Below are positions 28,469 through 36,313 of a stretch of DNA of 64,000 nucleotides, in pieces. The stretch is from an uncultured Solirubrobacterales bacterium. GTDB taxonomy: Bacteria > Actinomycetota > Thermoleophilia > Solirubrobacterales > 70-9. The notes below the pieces were generated by a model. That model was not told the origin of the DNA, searched no databases, and was given only the letters and a program-made list of their open reading frames with translations. Both the position numbers and the translations under genes were made by a program. The number at the start of each line of letters is the position of its first letter. The first letter of the stretch is position 1. The stretch lies in contig CAWKLZ010000010.1 of assembly GCA_963850625.1 (NCBI GenBank), forward strand, positions 16,598 through 80,597. Reading direction: 5' to 3'.

Positions 28469-28726
28469 CTAGAGCGTGTCCTCTCCGGTCACGCGGCCGG
28501 CGAGGATGTCGGAGAGCTTGTCGACGTCGGCGCCGCTGATCAGCGCGTCCCCGGACTCTCGGTTGACGCGAAGCCGGTTGACCAGCTCGGCCCTCAGGAT
28601 GTCGATCTTGCCGTGCAGGATGCGACGCCGGTAGGAGACCTCCCGCTCCTCGCGGGTGTACTCGTCGATCAGCTCCTTGAGCTCTTCGTCGCTCATCGCG
28701 CCGATGTCGGGAAAGGTCTCTTCCAT
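28469..28726 (-). CDS. 85-aa coiled-coil protein with a single E-x3-S-x2-R-x3-H-x3-D motif
   Basis: ATG at 28726 preceded by GGAGGA. The protein is MEETFPDIGAMSDEELKELIDEYTREEREVSYRRRILHGKIDILRAELVNRL..., predicted helical. Confidence 0.6.
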   Translation of the reverse strand: MEETFPDIGAMSDEELKELIDEYTREEREVSYRRRILHGKIDILRAELVNRLRVNRESGDALISGADVDKLSDILAGRVTGEDTL

Positions 28727-28775
28727 CGCTTTAGTTCTTCCTCCACGTCCCGCCCGGGATAACTGGGGTGAATCG

Positions 28776-28803
28776 ATTATATGGACCGGCGAAAAAGGTT
28801 CAA
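28776..28803 (-). promoter_or_regulatory. near-consensus sigma-70-type promoter (TTGAAC - 16 nt - TATAAT)
   Basis: The minus strand reads TTGAAC (28803-28798), a 16-nt spacer, then TATAAT (28781-28776), ~45 nt upstream of the ATG at 28726. It is one of the very few AT-rich patches in the window. The -35 hexamer overlaps the pgsA stop codon. Confidence 0.5.
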
Positions 28804-29474
28804 CGTCGGGTTGAAGGTTGGGCCCCCTCATGCAGTGGCGGCGATGCCTTGGCCGCGATCGCGTCTCGCGCGGCCCGGCCGTAGAGCACGGTCGCGACGA
28901 CGGCGATCAGAACGCCGACCGAGAAGCCGATCCGGATGATCTCCCAGTCGAGCACCTGCGACCAGAAGATCCCGCCCATGACGAGGAAGACCGCGCTGCG
29001 GCCGATCCAGGTGATTTCGAGGTCAGCTCCCTTGCGCAGCCCGACCTCCGCGAGGATCAGGGTCACCACCTCGCGCACGGCGAGCAGCGCCAGGGACCAA
29101 TGTGGCAACAGGTCGAAGTGCCAGCAGACGACGGCGCCGGCGAGGATCGTGAGCCGGTCGACGACGGGGTCGAGCAGCGCTCCCATGCGCGAGTACTGGC
29201 CGGTGGCGCGGGCGACGAAGCCGTCGACGAGGTCGCCGAAGGCGATCGCGAAGAAGAGGATCGCGCTGGCGGGATCGCGACCATCGCCCGAGTTGAAGGC
29301 GATCACAACGAAGACCGGGATCCCGGCAAGCCGCAGGTAGCCGATCAGGTTCGGCAGCGTGAACGGGCGCAGCGGCTGCCCGGCGCGGGTCTGGGTGGGC
29401 TCGGGCCCGGAGCGGTCGAGCCCGAACAGACGCCTTCGCGTCAGCGGTTTGCGAGGCGGCGCCGGGGCCGGCAC
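28800..29474 (-). CDS. pgsA: CDP-diacylglycerol--glycerol-3-phosphate 3-phosphatidyltransferase (CDP-alcohol phosphatidyltransferase family)
   Basis: DLVDGFVARATGQYSRMGALLDPVVDRL matches the D-x2-D-G-x2-A-R...G-x3-D-x3-D motif. Multi-TM protein. Confidence 0.85.
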   Translation of the reverse strand: MPAPAPPRKPLTRRRLFGLDRSGPEPTQTRAGQPLRPFTLPNLIGYLRLAGIPVFVVIAFNSGDGRDPASAILFFAIAFGDLVDGFVARATGQYSRMGALLDPVVDRLTILAGAVVCWHFDLLPHWSLALLAVREVVTLILAEVGLRKGADLEITWIGRSAVFLVMGGIFWSQVLDWEIIRIGFSVGVLIAVVATVLYGRAARDAIAAKASPPLHEGAQPSTRR

Positions 29475-29484
29475 CAGCGCGCGC

Positions 29485-31182
29485 CTACCCGAGCTCCGCG
29501 AGCAGCGCCTGCACGGCCGCGGCGCCCCGCGAAAGCTCGACTCGCTCCTCGCGGCCGTCGGCGCGGAACTGCGCCTCGGCGATACCGTCTGCGAGCCCGC
29601 GCTTGCCGACGACGAGCCGCAGCGGGCAGCCCAGCAGCTCCGCGTCGGTCAACTTTTCGCCGGTGCCCGCGGTCTCGCGGTCGTCCAGCACCGTCTCGAT
29701 CCCGGCCGCGGTGAGCTCCTCATACAGCGCTTCCCCTGCGGCTGAGACCTCGTCCCCGGACTTGCCCAGCGCCACCACATGAACCTGCCAGGGCGCGATC
29801 GACGGAGGCCAGACGATCCCGCGCTCGTCGGCGAGCTGCTCGATCGCCGCCGCCGCGATCCGCGCCGGGCCAATTCCGTAACAGCCCATGACGACGGGCC
29901 GCCCGGTCCCCTCGGGATCCAGGTAGGTGGCGCCGAGCGGCTCGGAGTAGCGCGTGCCGAGCTTGAAGATGTTGCCGATCTCGATCGCGGGCAGGATCTC
30001 GATCGGATCGCCGGCCTCGGTCGTGTCGCCGGCCTCGACCGCGCGCACGTCGGCCTCGCTGAACTCGAAGTCGCGGCCGGGCTCGACGCCGATCAGGTGG
30101 GCGTCGGGGGCGTTCGCGCCACAGACGAGTCCCGCGCCCGAGATCGCGGCATCCTTGATCACGGGGATTGACGGGTCGAGGCCAACCGGGCCGATGAACC
30201 CGACCGGCCCGATTCGGTCGGCGATCTCCTCCTCGCGCGCCGGCCGGAACGGGGCGCCGAGGTGGTTGGTCAGCTTGATCTCATTGAGTCGGTGATCGCC
30301 GCGCACCAGCACCATTGCGAGCCCGCGATCGTCGTCGACGACGACCGGCATCGCCTTGATCAGGGCGCCCGGCGCGACGCCGAGCACCGAAGCAACGTCG
30401 TCGACCGTTGTCGAGCCGGGGGTTGGCGCCTCGCGCGGGGCGTCGAGCGGCGGCGGCAGCTCGACCGGGGCCGGCAGCCCGCTCGCAACCTCGACGTTGG
30501 CGGCGTAGCCAGGGGCGATCGCCACCTCGTCCTCGCCGGCGCCGCAGGGAGCCATGTACTCGTGCGCGGCGGTGCCGCCCATCATCCCGACGTCGCTGGC
30601 GACCTCGTAGAAGCGCAGCCCGCAGCGCTCGTAGATCCGGCGGTAGGCGGTCCGGTGCTTCTCGTAGCTCTCGTCCAGGCCCGCCTCGTCGCGGTCGAAC
30701 GAGTAGGAGTCCTTCATCGTGAACTCACGGGTGCGCAGGACGCCGGCGCGCGGCCGCGGCTCGTCCCGCTCCTTGATCTGGATCTGGTACAGGATCTGCG
30801 GCAGCTCCCGGTAGGAGCGGATCTCGTTGGCGACGTGGAACGTGACGCTCTCCTCGTGCGTCATCGCGAGTACCAGGTCCGAGCCCTTGCGGTCGTTGAG
30901 CTTGAAAAGCTCCTCGATCGGATAGCGACCGGTCCGCTTCCACAGCTCGGCCGGCTGCATCACGGGCAGCAGCACCTCCTGGCCGCCGATCGCGTTCATC
31001 TCCTCGCGGACGATCGCTTCGACCTTCTGGATCACGCGCAGACCGGCAGGCAGGTACGACCACATCCCGGCGCCTACCTGGCGGATCAGGCCGGCCCGGA
31101 CCATGAGCTTGTGGCTGATCGCCTCCGCGTCGTGCGGGGGTTCCTTCAGCGTGGGCAGCAGGTAGCTCGAGAGGCGCGACAT
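29485..31182 (-). CDS. proS: proline--tRNA ligase
   Basis: MSRLSSYLLPTLKEPPHDAEAISHKLMVRAGLIRQ... plus class II motifs. Uninterrupted 565-aa ORF. Confidence 0.95.
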   Translation of the reverse strand: MSRLSSYLLPTLKEPPHDAEAISHKLMVRAGLIRQVGAGMWSYLPAGLRVIQKVEAIVREEMNAIGGQEVLLPVMQPAELWKRTGRYPIEELFKLNDRKGSDLVLAMTHEESVTFHVANEIRSYRELPQILYQIQIKERDEPRPRAGVLRTREFTMKDSYSFDRDEAGLDESYEKHRTAYRRIYERCGLRFYEVASDVGMMGGTAAHEYMAPCGAGEDEVAIAPGYAANVEVASGLPAPVELPPPLDAPREAPTPGSTTVDDVASVLGVAPGALIKAMPVVVDDDRGLAMVLVRGDHRLNEIKLTNHLGAPFRPAREEEIADRIGPVGFIGPVGLDPSIPVIKDAAISGAGLVCGANAPDAHLIGVEPGRDFEFSEADVRAVEAGDTTEAGDPIEILPAIEIGNIFKLGTRYSEPLGATYLDPEGTGRPVVMGCYGIGPARIAAAAIEQLADERGIVWPPSIAPWQVHVVALGKSGDEVSAAGEALYEELTAAGIETVLDDRETAGTGEKLTDAELLGCPLRLVVGKRGLADGIAEAQFRADGREERVELSRGAAAVQALLAELG

Positions 31183-31326
31183 GGGTGCGGGCGAGGATAT
31201 CCGGGCGGTGGGCGGCTCGACCGCCTCGTGATCTCTGAGCGAATCCCGGGTTGATTCTCACGAAGCTCTCAGCGGCCGGACCCATGATCGGGTTTCACCC
31301 CGAGCAGGCAACCGATTGGAGGCGAG

Positions 31327-31437
31327 ATGACCGAGGACGCGGACACGCGAACCGGCAGGCGAGGTATGACGCGGCGGCAGAGCCTGGGGCTCGCCGTCGG
31401 CGCCGGCGCCGGCTACGTCGCCAGCCAGCTCGGCTGA
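31327..31437 (+). CDS. candidate 36-aa mini-ORF with twin-arginine-like motif
   Basis: GGAGG (31318-31322) lies 4 nt before the ATG. The ORF reads MTEDADTRTGRRGMTRRQSLGLAVGAGAGYVASQLG-TGA. GC3 is very high. It is below the 60-aa cutoff of the ORF track. Confidence 0.3.
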   Translation: MTEDADTRTGRRGMTRRQSLGLAVGAGAGYVASQLG

Positions 31438-31450
31438 GTCCGGCGCGCCG

Positions 31451-31915
31451 CTACCAGGCTTCGAGCTCGTAGGCGAGCCAGGTACTTGACTCGGCGCCGG
31501 TCGAGTCGTAAAGGCGCTGAGCGGTGGCGTTGTCGGGTGCCGTCTCCCAGACGAGCTTGCCGACGCCCTTCTTGCGGCAGGCGCCGCGGCAGGACTCGAT
31601 CAGCTGCCGGCCCACCCCGGCGCCGCGCACCTCGGGGATGACGTAGAGATCGTTCATCAGCCCGATCCGCGCCCCATCCAGCGTCGACCAGCCCCAGAAG
31701 ATCGTCGTGAAGCCGAGCGCCCGCTCATCTTCACCCCGGGCGATCAGCTGCAGGCCCTCGCCCGGATCCTCGATCAGCGAGCGCGACAGTGCGACCAGCT
31801 TCTCGTCCCGCGGGGCGACCTCGTAGAAGTCGCAGTAGGCCCGCATCAGCGGCAGTAGCTCGGACAGGTCGAGGTGGGTGACCTTCGCGATCGTCACGGA
31901 GACGGGATCGGCCAT
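31451..31915 (-). CDS. GNAT family N-acetyltransferase
   Basis: Acetyl-CoA binding motif VIPEVRGAGVGRQLIE (Q/RxxGxG/A). Confidence 0.8.
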   Translation of the reverse strand: MADPVSVTIAKVTHLDLSELLPLMRAYCDFYEVAPRDEKLVALSRSLIEDPGEGLQLIARGEDERALGFTTIFWGWSTLDGARIGLMNDLYVIPEVRGAGVGRQLIESCRGACRKKGVGKLVWETAPDNATAQRLYDSTGAESSTWLAYELEAW

Positions 31916-31951
31916 GGCGAGATCGTAGTCGCCGCCGGGCTCGGGGGCGGC

Positions 31952-32392
31952 TCAGCTCTGCGGTGAGGCGAGCAGCGTCGGCGGCGGGATCAGGTACCAG
32001 TCCTCGCCACTGGGCTCGAAGCGCAGCTGGATGTCGGATCCCTGCACGTAGAGGCGGGCGATCGATCCGTCGGCGGCGACCTCGATGCGGTCGATCGGGA
32101 TGTCGGCGCTCGCGGCGACCAGCGCTTTCGAATCCTTGATGTAGGCCTTCGCGGAGCGCTCGCAGACCTTCTCACCGCCGACGGAGTCGATCAGGCTTGG
32201 CGAGATGTCGGCGCAAACGGCCTTCGCGTCCCCGTGCTCGAGCGCCTTCTTGTAGGAGTCGAAGCGGCTCTCGATCGCCTGTTGCTGCTCGGGCGTCGGA
32301 TCGCTCGGCCCGCCGCCGCCGCACGCGGCGATCGCCAGCGGCAGCAGCGCCAGGGCAAACAACAACGCGCAGCGTGGCCGCGTCGGGCTCAC
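31952..32392 (-). CDS. lipoprotein of unknown function
   Basis: Signal peptide plus lipobox: CALLFALALLPLAIAAC GGGG. The GTG start overlaps the upstream stop (GTGA at 32389-32392). Confidence 0.65.
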   Translation of the reverse strand: MSPTRPRCALLFALALLPLAIAACGGGGPSDPTPEQQQAIESRFDSYKKALEHGDAKAVCADISPSLIDSVGGEKVCERSAKAYIKDSKALVAASADIPIDRIEVAADGSIARLYVQGSDIQLRFEPSGEDWYLIPPPTLLASPQS

Positions 32393-33045
32393 GGCGTCAC
32401 CCCGCCGCCACCACCACTGCCGCCGTGGCCGCCGTGGCCGCCAGGCCCCGTATAGCTGCGCCAGAAGCTCGTGTGGAGCTTCGCGGCGGGCTTGGTGAGC
32501 TCGATGTGCACGTGCGTGATGTGTCCTTGTGTGGGGTCGACGTGGCCCTTGCCGCCTGCGCAGACGGAGTAGGGCGACCAGCCGCGGTCGCCCGCCTGCC
32601 AGAAGCGGCAGTTATAGATGATCAGCTGGATGCCCATCCGTCGGGCGAGCGCGTCGTCGCGGCCGCGCTTGTCAGGCGCCATCCACGTGTTGATCACGGT
32701 CATCGCCAGCTTCTTCTGGTGATGGCGCCTGGCGTCGAGGTCCCAATCGAGCGCGCGTCCGGTCGCGTGCATGCTGCCGTCGCAGCGGATCGTCCCGTAG
32801 ATCGTGTTGCGCTTCGTGTTGCGCTTCATCCACTTGATCAGCGCATCCATGCCCGGCGGGTTGCGCTTCGCGCAGTTGCTGCCGCCGTCGTAGCGGACGG
32901 GATCCAGCCGCTCGCTGAGCAACCCGGAGGCGTTGGCGGGATTCGGGCGGAGCATGTGAACCGCGCGCTTCGCCGAGCCGGTGGCGGCGAAGGCGAGGAC
33001 GGCGCAGGCGCAGGCAAGGAGCGCGGTCGGGAGGCGGCGGCCCAT
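32389..33045 (-). CDS. secreted LAS-type (M15/VanY-like) zinc peptidase-like protein
   Basis: Signal peptide present. H-x6-D (HATGRALD) and a later H-x-H (HVHIE) match the LAS metallopeptidase ligand pattern. Gly/His-rich C-terminal tail. Confidence 0.5.
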   Translation of the reverse strand: MGRRLPTALLACACAVLAFAATGSAKRAVHMLRPNPANASGLLSERLDPVRYDGGSNCAKRNPPGMDALIKWMKRNTKRNTIYGTIRCDGSMHATGRALDWDLDARRHHQKKLAMTVINTWMAPDKRGRDDALARRMGIQLIIYNCRFWQAGDRGWSPYSVCAGGKGHVDPTQGHITHVHIELTKPAAKLHTSFWRSYTGPGGHGGHGGSGGGGGVTP

Positions 33046-33238
33046 GCGGGCGCATTCTGCCGAAGCGGGCGGACCGTTGCGCAGTTGCGGGCTTCAGGTA
33101 CGGGTGAAGCGGCGCCCAGCGGTGGGCGAGGCGTCCTCATCGAGTTCGACCCGGCGACCGGCCTTGACCGGCTTCAGGTAGGGCTCGGCCTCGGGACCCT
33201 CGCCTGGAGCGGTGATGTCCTCGTTGTGAGCGGCAGCC

Positions 33239-34411
33239 TCAGCTTCGAGCAGGGCCAGCTTCTCGGGAGTCATCTCGCCCTCGTTCTCCTCCTCGATCTT
33301 CTGCAGCCACTCGGCACCCTCGGCCGCCTCGCCGGCATCGAAGTCGACCTTGCCGCCGCGGCCGACGGACTTGTCGATCTCCTCGAACAGCGTGTCGACG
33401 AGTTCCTCGGTCGGGCACCTTCCGCAGCGGCTTGCCGTGGGCGAAGATCAGCCCCTCGTTCTTCGCGCCGGTGATGCCGAAGTCGGCGTGCGAAGCCTCG
33501 CCGATGCCGTTCACCGCGCAGCCGAGGACGGCAACCTCGACCGGCTCCAGGTAGGACTCGAGCCGCTGCTCGATCTCCGCGACGACGCTGTCCATGTCGA
33601 ACTGCAGGCGGCCGCAGGTCGGACACGCGATCAGCACCGGGCCGCGCTCGCGGAGCTGCAGCGCCTTGAGGATCTCCCAGGCGACCTTGACCTCCTCCTC
33701 CGCGTGGAAGGTGGAGAGCGAGATCCGGATCGTGTCGCCGATCCCGTCGGCGAGCAGCGTGCCGAGCCCGACGGCGGACTTCAGCGACCCGGACCACTTC
33801 GTCCCAGCCTCCGTGATGCCGAGGTGCAGCGGGTATGGGATCCGCTCGGAGAGCAGGCGGTTGGCGGCGATCGTGTTCGGCACGTTCGTCGACTTGATCG
33901 AGACCTTGAAGTTCTCGAACTCGAGCGACTCCATCAGTTCGACGAACTCGACGGCTGCCGTGACGAGCGCCTCGACGGGGTTGCTCCGCTCCAGCTCGTG
34001 CAGGTGCTTGGGCAGCGAGCCGGAGTTGACGCCGATCCGCATCGGCGTGCCGGCGGCGGTCGCCCGCTCGGCCACCTCGGCGACCTTCTCGCGGCCCCCG
34101 ATGTTGCCGGGGTTGAGGCGGATGCAGTGGGCGCCGGCGTCGATCGCCTTGAGCGCCAGCGTGTGGTTGAAGTGGATGTCGGCGATCACGGGGATCGGCG
34201 ACTCCTTGACGATCGTCTTCAGCGCCTCGACGTCCCTGTCGCGCGGGACGGCGCAGCGGACGAGGTCGGCGCCCGCCTCGGCGACGCGCTCGATCTGGTC
34301 CATCGTCTCCTCGAGGTTGGCCGTCTCGGTCTTCGTCATCGTCTGCACGACGACGGGGGCGCCGCCCCCGATCGGGACGCCGCCGACGAATATCTGCCGC
34401 TTCGATGCCAT
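33239..34411 (-). CDS. ispG: 4-hydroxy-3-methylbut-2-en-1-yl diphosphate synthase (probable frameshift near 33425; alternative stop 33094)
   Basis: Full GcpE similarity runs from MASKRQIFVGGVPIGGGAPVVVQTMT to ...GLIFAHGKPLRKVP. After this the in-frame tail is Arg-rich, while the shifted frame reads EELVDTLFEEIDKSVGRGG... and ends at 33094-33096. Confidence 0.9.
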   Translation of the reverse strand: MASKRQIFVGGVPIGGGAPVVVQTMTKTETANLEETMDQIERVAEAGADLVRCAVPRDRDVEALKTIVKESPIPVIADIHFNHTLALKAIDAGAHCIRLNPGNIGGREKVAEVAERATAAGTPMRIGVNSGSLPKHLHELERSNPVEALVTAAVEFVELMESLEFENFKVSIKSTNVPNTIAANRLLSERIPYPLHLGITEAGTKWSGSLKSAVGLGTLLADGIGDTIRISLSTFHAEEEVKVAWEILKALQLRERGPVLIACPTCGRLQFDMDSVVAEIEQRLESYLEPVEVAVLGCAVNGIGEASHADFGITGAKNEGLIFAHGKPLRKVPDRGTRRHAVRGDRQVRRPRRQGRLRCRRGGRGCRVAAEDRGGERGRDDSREAGPARS

Positions 34412-34441
34412 ACGGCCTCTCAGGATAGATGCCGCCCGCGG

Positions 34442-35369
34442 TCAGCCGCGAGCGTCGACCAGCTGCAGCAGATCACCCGTGAAGCTCGTTACGAAAAGGT
34501 CATGGGGCTTGAACGCCGTCCCCTTGCGACCGAAGGCGAGATCGCTTGGCCCGTTCGCGAAGGATCCGTGGTCAGCAAGCGAGCATGCCTTGTGCGGCCC
34601 GTCGATCCGCCAGACCTGGGCGGCGCCGTTGGCGGCGGCGAAGAGGTGGTCGTGGTCGCCGCGGGTGAGGCCGTCGAAGCCCGCTGCCGCATCGGTCGCC
34701 GGCGCGGCGTAGTAGGTGCTCGCGGCGCCGGGGTCGTCGAACGGCACGCGCTGGATCGCCGCGGCGGTGAAGGTCTGGTTGACGAACAGGCTGCGGCGGG
34801 CGCTGTCGGAGATCATCCCATTGGCGCTCAGAACCGAGGCCCACTGCAGCTCGGGCATCCTGCCGTGGCGGACGCGGTCGACGCCGACGCCGATGTCCGT
34901 CGAGGCGTAGATCGTGTTGTGCGGCCCGCGGGCGACGCCGTTCGCCATCTGCAGGCCCTTGACCTTGACCCGCTTCTCCCCTGTCTTCGGGTTGACGCTG
35001 AGCAGTCCGGCCTCAGGGTTGAGTGGCCCGTCGGTCGCCTGGGCGATGCTGTCACCGAAGCCGACGAGCACGCGGCCGCTCCGCTGGAAGACGATGCCGC
35101 CCGGCGCGTCGATGCCGTCGGCGACCAGCCGCGGCTTGGCGCCGGGCCGCTTCAGCATCCACAGCTGGCCATTCGTGTTGTTCGTGAAGAAGAGGCGGCC
35201 GCGCCGGTCGACGCCGACCGACTCCAGCATGCCCGCTCTGATGGACGAGGGTCCGGACCTCCGGGCGTTGCGAGCAGTCGGGGATCGCCTGCGCGGCGGT
35301 CGCGAGCAGCAGGCAGACGAGCGCCGAGACGGCCCCCACGACGGCGAACCTGGACACGCCCGAACGCAC
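34442..35369 (-). CDS. secreted SMP-30/gluconolactonase/strictosidine-synthase-like beta-propeller protein (one apparent frameshift near 35232)
   Basis: The GTG at 35369 gives the signal peptide RFAVVGAVSALVCLLLATAAQA in one frame. The body (GRLFFTNNTNGQLWML...ANGVARGPHNTIYAST...SANGMISD...) is in another frame. Confidence 0.65.
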
Positions 35370-35422
35370 GCAACAAGTATCCCCGTTCCGGTGGCCCGCC
35401 GCGCCGCCGCTACGCTGCTCGC

Positions 35423-35704
35423 ATGTGCCGAAACATCAGAACGCTCTACAACTTCGACCCACCCGCGAGCAACGAGGAGATCGAGGCCGCCGCGCTTCAG
35501 TACGTGCGCAAGATCAGCGGCTTCACGAAGCCCTCGAAGGCCAACGAGGAGGCCTTCGACAGAGCCGTGGCCGAGGTCGCCCACATCTCCCACCACCTGC
35601 TCTCCGACCTCGTCACCAAGGCCCCACCGAAGGACCGCGAGGAAGAGGCGGAAAAGGCCCGGGCCCGCGCCGCCAAGCGCTACGCGGCGCAGCCCGCGGC
35701 CTGA
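35423..35704 (+). CDS. DUF2277-like small conserved protein
   Basis: MCRNIRTLYNFDPPASNEEIEAAALQYVRKISGFTKPSKANEEAF is the family's typical N-terminus. It is embedded in a long spurious track ORF. Confidence 0.7.
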   Translation: MCRNIRTLYNFDPPASNEEIEAAALQYVRKISGFTKPSKANEEAFDRAVAEVAHISHHLLSDLVTKAPPKDREEEAEKARARAAKRYAAQPAA

Positions 35705-35750
35705 GGTTCTCGGCCGGCGGGGGCCGGCGACATCCCGAGCTCGAGCCCGC

Positions 35751-36296
35751 TGGTCACGCCGGACCACCGCTGCCGGACCAAGGTGACCTACCGCGCGGCG
35801 AGAGCACCGAGGGAGAGGTCAAGGGCAAGCCCGGCGGGAGACGACTGGTCACGTTCCACCGCAACTTGCGGTGCTTCGTGACCACCGGCCCGGCCAAGCC
35901 CCCGTCGGCCAGCGCCCACGGCGTGGGCCAAGCCTGCCGGACGTTGACCTACCCAGAGCGAGGCAAACGCCCGAGGAACGCTCGCCCCCAGCCCCGCGGG
36001 CCAAATCGCCCTCCAGCCGCCGGCCAACCTCCGGACCGCCACCTATACGCAAAGTCAGCTCCCCGAACGCCCCTGCGCCCCAGCCAAGCCCCCGCAGCCC
36101 TCCCTCACGCCCAAAGCCGTCAACAGCTCACCTCTCGTCCCAGCTGACCCCGGCCAGCCCCCTCGCCGGCGATCGCCCACGACACCCCCTCTCCCGCGCG
36201 TGGCCGGGAGATCGCAGGCCCCCGAGCAATGCCGATGGCGCAGCGGGGCCTGCGCAGCTCCCGGACAGGACCCGCGGGCCGAGGACCTCGCCGGCG
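35751..36296 (+). repeat. copy 1 of a modular non-coding dispersed repeat (paired with 48186-48632)
   Basis: Hand alignment to copy 2 shows a shared 5' hairpin (GGTCAC..GTGACC), GGCGAGAGCAsCGAGGGA...GACGAC units and a 121-nt tail block (36163-36283 vs 48509-48629) with 8 mismatches. Confidence 0.85.
35846..35884 (+). repeat. 39-nt near-palindromic hairpin TGGTCACGTTCCACCGCAA-C-TTGCGGTGCTTCGTGACCA
   Basis: Outer stem TGGTCACG/CGTGACCA, a 3-nt internal mismatch, and inner stem CACCGCAA/TTGCGGTG. Confidence 0.85.
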
Positions 36297-36313
36297 ATCG
36301 CCGGCCGAGCGCC

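Noticed and set aside
33350-35704. Very long ORFs antisense to or overlapping known genes (also 5734-7830 minus, 13344-14606 minus, 17396-18877 minus, 1914-3179 minus, 48798-50579 plus)
   Set aside because: Their translations are Arg/Ala/Gly/Pro-rich with no motifs. They lie opposite or out of frame to clearly homologous genes. Such stop-free shadow frames are expected in very GC-rich DNA.
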